A stretch of 64,000 bases of DNA. It comes from Octopus vulgaris (taxonomy: Eukaryota). This document shows, in pieces, positions 57,139-64,000 of this stretch (its first letter is position 1; each line of letters opens with the position of its first letter). The stretch lies in the NCBI GenBank assembly GCA_951406725.2, contig OX597832.1:27404001-27468000 (forward strand), given 5' to 3'. The notes below the pieces were generated by a model. It saw nothing but the letters and a program-made list of their open reading frames with translations. It was not told where the DNA came from and searched no databases. Both the position numbers and the translations under genes were made by a program.

Positions 57139-57500
57139 AAATAACAGCAACAACAACAACAACAATAACTACGAGGGCACCGTTCAATAAATATACACAC
57201 ACGTACATACATAGTTGGGTGTATGTGTGTATGTATGTGTACTTAAATGTACGTGCGCGTGTATGATTGTGTCTGTGCGTGTATGGTTGTGTATGTGCAT
57301 GTATGTAGGTTGGCATGGATACAGGCATGCGTGTATGAATGCACGGTTGTAGGTATGCATGTGTAAATGCATGTAGGCTGCATGTCTGCGTGTGTTTATG
57401 TATGAGTGTCTATACGTATGTGGTATATGTAAGCGTAGACAGAATTAGCTTGTAAAATCAGAAAATCAGAAGAACGATAAGAACAAAGAATATAAAAAAT

Positions 57501-57579
<79 letters not shown>

Positions 57580-57685
57580 GTATATATATATACATATATA
57601 TACATATATATACATATATATATATATATGTACGTATGTGTATATGTATGTGTATACATATATATGTATATGTATATATATATAC

Positions 57686-57733
<48 letters not shown>

Positions 57734-57871
57734 GTATGCATATATATATTTATATATATGTAATATATAAATATATGTAACATATACATATATGTAATAT
57801 ATATGTATATATATGTATGCAGATATATATGTATATATATATATATACATATGTATAAATGTATAAATGTG

Positions 57872-57902
<31 letters not shown>

Positions 57903-58209
57903 ATTTATCTATATACGTATGCGTGTGCGTGCGTTCGTATTGTTTTCTGATAGACGCAATAAAAAGCACTCAATACGTGCTGTGGAGTATAATTATCAAA
58001 TGAATTAAAATTAAAGAAAAAAATATTGCCTAAAGAAACGATAATTCATGGTAACTTGATAGATGATGCAACAGACTTCAGCGTGTACATTTTATATATA
58101 CAACTATGCATACATATATTCATATGTGTGCATGTACGTATGCACGCATATACATACATACATACCTACATATATATATATATGTATATATATATATGTG
58201 TTTGTGTAG

Positions 58210-58315
<106 letters not shown>

Positions 58316-58351
58316 TATATATATATGTATATATATATATATATATATAAT

Positions 58352-58427
<76 letters not shown>

Positions 58428-58829
58428 TATATATACACACATGCTTAGATACACTTAAATTCCATAATTTATGCAAGAAGATAATCATGTGAAAAACAGT
58501 TGCACACAAATACGTCTAACATCATCAAAATACTAAGCAGAGCATAATCGACACAGCCAGGTAGTGGCTGCGATTCACACAACTCCGATACAGGTAAAAT
58601 TTGGTGAGCAAAGTATTTTATACCTGGCTGATGTGTCTTGTAGAAATATATGAATATGGTACAGCGTGCCAACCAGACAGATTTTGAAGAGTCAACAGCT
58701 CGAACCGCCATTACCAACGAGAAAGCGTTACAGCTCTTTCAATGTACATTTGGAAACAAAGAGAATATAACCACCTGTGTCTCATATGCCGTGTTTACAG
58801 AGAAACCAGCTTTGGGCTAATCTAAATAA

Positions 58830-58866
<37 letters not shown>

Positions 58867-58867
58867 A

Positions 58868-59075
58868 TTAATGCAAACATCAAAACACAAAGAGAAAACA
58901 CAACAACGCGAGGACGTGGAACAAGTATAGTGTTATTGGACTCACAGGAAAGGAAAGAAAGAAGGAGGACTTAACGTTTCGCGCGGAGCTCTTCGTCAGA
59001 AACATAGGAAAAGGTTAAGATCCAAGGAAGAGAAAACGGAGGAAAAATCGCCAACGATACACACGCGGTCACATA
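58868..59075 (-). mobile_element. Full-length hammerhead-containing element (HHR 58969-59003)
   Basis: Minus strand starts atgtgaccgcgtgtgtatcgttggcgatttttcctccg, like copy 1 at 766. HHR GTTT-CTGACGA-A-GAGC(tcc)GCGC-GAAA-CG-TT-AAGT. Confidence 0.8.
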
Positions 59076-59340
59076 ATATATAGATAGATAGATAAAATGT
59101 GTGTGTGTATATATGTGTCTGTGCATATACACATCACAGATAATTACATAGATTGCTTATTTAAGTTGATCGACGGGCCTGTTACTCTGCAGTTTCCCGA
59201 TATGTTGTCACTTCCTCAAGCTAGCAAATCTATCTGCCTGCCGGCCTCTCTCTCTTTCTCTCTCTCTCCCTCCCCCTCTCTCTCTCCCCTGCCTCTCTCT
59301 CTCCCCTGCCTCTCTCTCTCTATATATATATATTCTGAGA

Positions 59341-59670
59341 CCCCCTTCGGTCATGACTGACCGTGGGATTGCACCTAGAAAGTTACCCTCCAAGGTACAA
59401 GTCCGGGCAAGGTTGTTTATAGAAGACCAGCAGTCGCCCATCCATACCAGCCTCCCCTCTCCACACCACTGATGCTATCCAAGGGAAAGGCAAAGGGGCC
59501 GATACAGCTTGGCATCTGTGACGTCGCAACTCATTTCTACAGCTAAGTGAACTGGAGCAACGTGAAATAAAGTGTCTTGCTCAAGAACACAACACGCAGC
59601 CCGGTCCGGGAATCGAACCCACAACCTCACGACCGTAAGCTCGACGTTCTAACCGCTAAGCCATGCGCCT

Positions 59671-59673
<3 letters not shown>
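59341..59673 (-). mobile_element. Full-length SINE family C
   Basis: Matches 50171-50497. Confidence 0.92.
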
Positions 59674-59710
<37 letters not shown>

Positions 59711-59711
<1 letters not shown>

Positions 59712-60624
59712 CATGCAGTTAGAATAGCATGCAGTTCAATGCTGAAAAGTTTCAAGCTTTATGCTATCAGCATGCAAAACTAAATGCAATACCCAATGAA
59801 TACACTGGACCTGGAGGGATTGCAATCCCAGAGGCACAAACAGTGCGTGACCTGGGTATTTACATGAGTGATGACGCAACCTTTCATGTACATGTTGCTA
59901 AATTGGCAATGAAATATAGACGGCTGGCCGGATGGATTCTTAGAACCTTTAGAACAGGAGACCAAGAAACCATGTTGGTCCTCTGGAGGACACTTGTCCT
60001 AAGCCACTTTGACTATTGCTCTCAGCTATGGTCACCATCCAGTGTCAAGTTGATCACAGAACTTGAGGCGATCCAACAAAGCTACACGAAGAAGATAGCC
60101 TCTGTGCAGCATATAAGCTACTGGGAAAGACACAAGAGATTAAAACTCTATTCCTTGGAGCGTAGGCGAGAAAGATATGCCATAATATACATCTGGAAAA
60201 TCCTGGAAGGACTTGTCCCAAACTTTGGAATCGAGAGTTACACAAATGCAAGAACTGGGAGCCACTGCGTGGTGCCAAGGACTCCAAATTTGCCATCAAG
60301 ATGTAGGACAAGATACTGTGATAGCCTGGGCTTCAGAGGCCCACAGCTCTTCAATATCCGCCCGATGAGCCTGAGGGACCTGTATGGGGTGGATGGGGAT
60401 GTCTTTAAAGTAGGACTGGATCTCTTCCTGTCAGGTGTCCCGGATGAACCAACTTCACGGCTGGAGGTGCAGATGAGGGCAGCTGCATCGAACTCTCTCA
60501 TGCACCAAATGGCAGTTGCTAAAAAGCATTCGTGAAGTAAAATCATGTAGCAACACCAAATGGCGGTGCCCCAGCATGGCCACAGCTCGTGAGCTGAAAC
60601 TAGATAAAATAAAATAAAATAAAA

Positions 60625-60625
<1 letters not shown>
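59711..60625 (+). mobile_element. 5'-truncated CR1-type LINE with 3' UTR and (TAAAA)n tail, in (TA)n
   Basis: Contains the RT C-terminal ORF at 59729-60535, a short 3' UTR with stem-loop, and an A-rich repeat tail. Confidence 0.9.
59729..60535 (+). CDS. C-terminal part of a LINE ORF2 reverse transcriptase (CR1 group), truncated but uninterrupted
   Basis: MQFNAEKF..VRDLGI..LAGWILRTF..LWRTLVLSHFDYCSQLWSP..LEAIQ..SYWER..LKLYSLERRRER: CR1-type thumb motifs. The catalytic YADD region is absent. Confidence 0.85.
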   Translation: MQFNAEKFQALCYQHAKLNAIPNEYTGPGGIAIPEAQTVRDLGIYMSDDATFHVHVAKLAMKYRRLAGWILRTFRTGDQETMLVLWRTLVLSHFDYCSQLWSPSSVKLITELEAIQQSYTKKIASVQHISYWERHKRLKLYSLERRRERYAIIYIWKILEGLVPNFGIESYTNARTGSHCVVPRTPNLPSRCRTRYCDSLGFRGPQLFNIRPMSLRDLYGVDGDVFKVGLDLFLSGVPDEPTSRLEVQMRAAASNSLMHQMAVAKKHS

Positions 60626-60693
<68 letters not shown>

Positions 60694-61084
60694 AGTGCTT
60701 CCGCACGTGTGTGTTGGTGTGTTTGCCAGATTTCTTGTTAGTGTTTCTATCTAAAAGTATGCAACACCAACAGCAACAACAACAACATCAGCAACAACAA
60801 TAACAACAACAACAACAACAACAACAACAATAATGACAACAACGCCAACAGAATTTCGCTCTCAGATTCTGACAGATTGATGTTTCTCTTGAAATATTTA
60901 ATTATTTGAATTCTTCATAAAACTTCAGATTTATATGACAAGTCAGCTAGAACAATTGGACGGAATGGAAATGATAATAAAGAACATCGCCGTCGTCGTC
61001 TTCATCATCATCATTACAACCACCGACATCAATACCATAACCAACACAACCTTCGCCATTAGCACAATATTATCACTATCACAA

Positions 61085-61147
61085 CCACCAGCATCATCAT
61101 CATCATCGTCGTCGTCGTCGTCATCATCATCATCCTCATCATCATCC

Positions 61148-61183
<36 letters not shown>

Positions 61184-61261
61184 CCATTATCATTATCATC
61201 ATCATAATCATCATCATCATCATCATCATCACCATTATCATTATCATCATCATCATAGCCA

Positions 61262-61292
<31 letters not shown>

Positions 61293-61294
61293 CG

Positions 61295-61325
<31 letters not shown>

Positions 61326-61339
61326 TATCATCATCATCG

Positions 61340-61376
<37 letters not shown>

Positions 61377-61632
61377 AATCATCATCATCATCATAGCCAT
61401 CGTCATCATCATCGTCATCATCATCATCATCATCCTCCTCCTCCTCATCATCATCATCATCATCATCATAGCCATAGCCATCGTCATCATCATCATCATC
61501 GTCGTCGTCGTCATCATCATCTCCATCTCCATCATCATCATCATCATCATTATCATCATCATCATCATCGTCGTCGTCGTCGTCGTCACCATCATCATCA
61601 TCCCTGCCACCATCCCAACTATCATCATCATC
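61085..61632. repeat. (ATC)/(GTC) compound microsatellite
   Basis: Direct reading. Confidence 0.95.
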
Positions 61633-62039
61633 GCAACCACACCGCGAACCAAAAGCAGAACATTTAAGGTGGTCGTCTCGACATACTTGAAATAGCAGCC
61701 GATTTCATACGTGAGAAGATTCGAGGGACACTGTAGCTATACAAAACAAAACAAAAAACCCTGGAAGGCCATCGAGGGGTCACCTGTGATCGTAGCTAAA
61801 CCAAAACCAAGGACAACCGATTCACCTCCTCGAGACCTGCGCCATCTTCACCCGTATTCCACCCATTATTATATTGGTTTCGGGTGGAACTGAACACGTG
61901 ACTACCTGCAGAACGCGTGCACCTACCATTATTATATTCGTTTTGGGAACAATCCAAAGATTTTACCAAAGTGGAATAGAAAAATATATTGACCTTCTTG
62001 CAGTTCTCAAGATTTTTGCCGCTTTTTTTCCTTTTAAGT

Positions 62040-62042
62040 TCC

Positions 62043-62074
<32 letters not shown>

Positions 62075-62600
62075 TCCTTTCTCTCGTTCTCTCTATCATT
62101 TTCTCTCTCTTTGTCTCTTTCTTTCTCTCTTTCTCTCTCACTCACTCTCTCTCTCTCTCTCTCTTTCATTCCCCTTCTTTTTCTCTCTTCCTTTCTCTCG
62201 TTCTCTCTATCATTTTATCTCTCTTTCTCTCTTTCTTTCTCTCTTTCTCTTTCTCTTCCTCTTTCTCTCTCTCTTTTACTCCCCTTTTTCTCTCTTCCTT
62301 TCTCTCGTTCTCTCGATCGTTTTCTCTCACTTTGTCTCTTTCTTTCTCTCTTTCTCTTTCTCTCTCTCCCTCTGTCTCTCTCTCTTTTATTCCCCTTCTT
62401 TTTCTCTCTGCTTCTCCAACTCATTCTCTAAAACTCATTCACATACACTCTCTCTCCTCTCTCAATTTCTCTTCTATTATTCCCTTCTCTCTTCCTCCCT
62501 CATTCTTTCTCCACCCTCTCTGTCTAACTGTCTGTCTCTCTCTCTCTGCCCCTTTCTCTGTCTCTCTCTCTCTCTCTCTCGCTCTCTCCTTCTCTCCGCA
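62040..62600. repeat. CT-rich tract with three ~110-bp higher-order units
   Basis: cttcctttctctcgttctct recurs at about 62073, 62187 and 62294. Confidence 0.88.
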
Positions 62601-62861
62601 CTACATTAGTTTATTTTCGAACCAATTCTTCCATCGCCAGCAAGAGGTTGGCATTGATTAATGGTAAGGCTAAGAGTTAGAAATCTCATTATTGGATTGG
62701 TTATTCTTTAAGTAAGCACTAATTGCAAAGAAATGTCTTCGATCTCAGTTTAATCATTGTTTCTGGCGCTGATTGATTGATTCCATACTAAAATATCGGA
62801 TCAGTGAATCTTGGTGATTCTAATAGATCTCAATAATGACCGGTTGGATAATTGTTGGTCA

Positions 62862-62950
<89 letters not shown>

Positions 62951-62955
62951 ACTAA

Positions 62956-62987
<32 letters not shown>

Positions 62988-63039
62988 ACCCTCTCGCTCT
63001 TGATATACGTGTAAGTATATATGTTTGCATGTATGTAAG

Positions 63040-63133
<94 letters not shown>

Positions 63134-63215
63134 TATATGTGTATGTATGTAGTTGAATAATAAAAAGAAAATTCTTGCTACCGTATTATATATATCTGAA
63201 AAAATGAGTGCAAAT

Positions 63216-63381
63216 GGCTTTTTTTGGCGGGGATAATTTTTATTTTAATCTTAATAATGTTTAGAGCGAGTTATTCTGATATGAGTTTCAGCTACTCGAA
63301 GCTCGAAACTCATATCAGAGTACCTCACTCTAAACATTATTATTAATTCTAAAATAAAAATTATCCCCGCCAAAAAATGCC
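63216..63381. mobile_element. ~165-bp foldback palindrome (MITE-like)
   Basis: Arms 63216-63289 and 63305-63381 are near-perfect reverse complements around a ~15-nt loop. Confidence 0.85.
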
Positions 63382-63475
63382 TGACGTAAGACTAAGAAAT
63401 GTCAGCGGCAATATGAGGAGATATATATTATGTATATATATATAATATATATATATATGTGTATATATCTATTTA

Positions 63476-63513
<38 letters not shown>

Positions 63514-63821
63514 ATAATATCACTATGGTTACTAAACTGCAATTATCACAGATATATATACATGCACCCCCACCACCATCACCACCATCACCATCACCAC
63601 CATCACCATCACCACCCCCACCCCCACCCCCATCACCACCATCACCATCACCACACCCACCACCACCACCACCACCACCCACCACCACCACTTCAAAATC
63701 GACAACTTGCAGCAGACGCTGCACTTTTGAGCAAAGATGGTGTCGCAGCTAACAGCTGCTGCTGCTGCTGCTCAATGTTAGTGCATCATTGGAATGTTGG
63801 CTATTGTGTAGAACAGCTGCA

Positions 63822-63835
63822 GTTGCCATGACAAC
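63822..63835. promoter_or_regulatory. RFX X-box candidate
   Basis: GTTGCC-AT-GACAAC is one mismatch from the palindromic GTTGCCATGGCAAC. CAGCTG E-boxes are adjacent. Confidence 0.45.
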
Positions 63836-64000
63836 GATAGCTTGTCCCACTGACGGCACACACACACACACACACACTCACACACACACAGATATCTAGA
63901 CAGGTGTAATGAGAAACAGGCAGGAGGTGAGTTCAGTGTAACGGCTGCACGTCTACCACCGCCGCCACCACCGCCGGCACCACCACCTCCACAACACCCC

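Overview
Very AT-rich, microsatellite-saturated eukaryotic DNA. The tRNA-derived SINE families and the (TA)n/(CA)n/(AAT)n/(ATC)n load point to an octopus or other coleoid cephalopod genome (inference). Nearly all ORFs in the supplied track are translated microsatellites. The only real protein homology is to retroelement remnants: a 5'-truncated CR1-type LINE with an uninterrupted 268-aa RT C-terminus (59729-60535), frameshifted R4/Dong-type RT and endonuclease fragments (26815-27270, 49358-50068) and a Penelope-like RT-thumb fragment (10865-11150, minus). At least four SINE families are present, including nested and chained copies, plus two MITE or foldback elements and Helitron-like ends. The most striking unannotated signal is a set of about eight minimal type-I hammerhead ribozyme motifs from about four sequence families. 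Five of them lie in a dispersed ~200-bp non-coding unit with fixed ends that sits inside (TA)n tracts (retrozyme or Penelope-derived). Also notable are a LINE/SINE 3'-tail pair with a covarying stem-loop, TAA-targeted Dong/R4 insertions, and short unique-sequence islands with splice sites, X-box motifs and YY1-like motifs, which suggest the 5' or intronic region of a large + strand gene. All coordinates were read by eye and ends are approximate.
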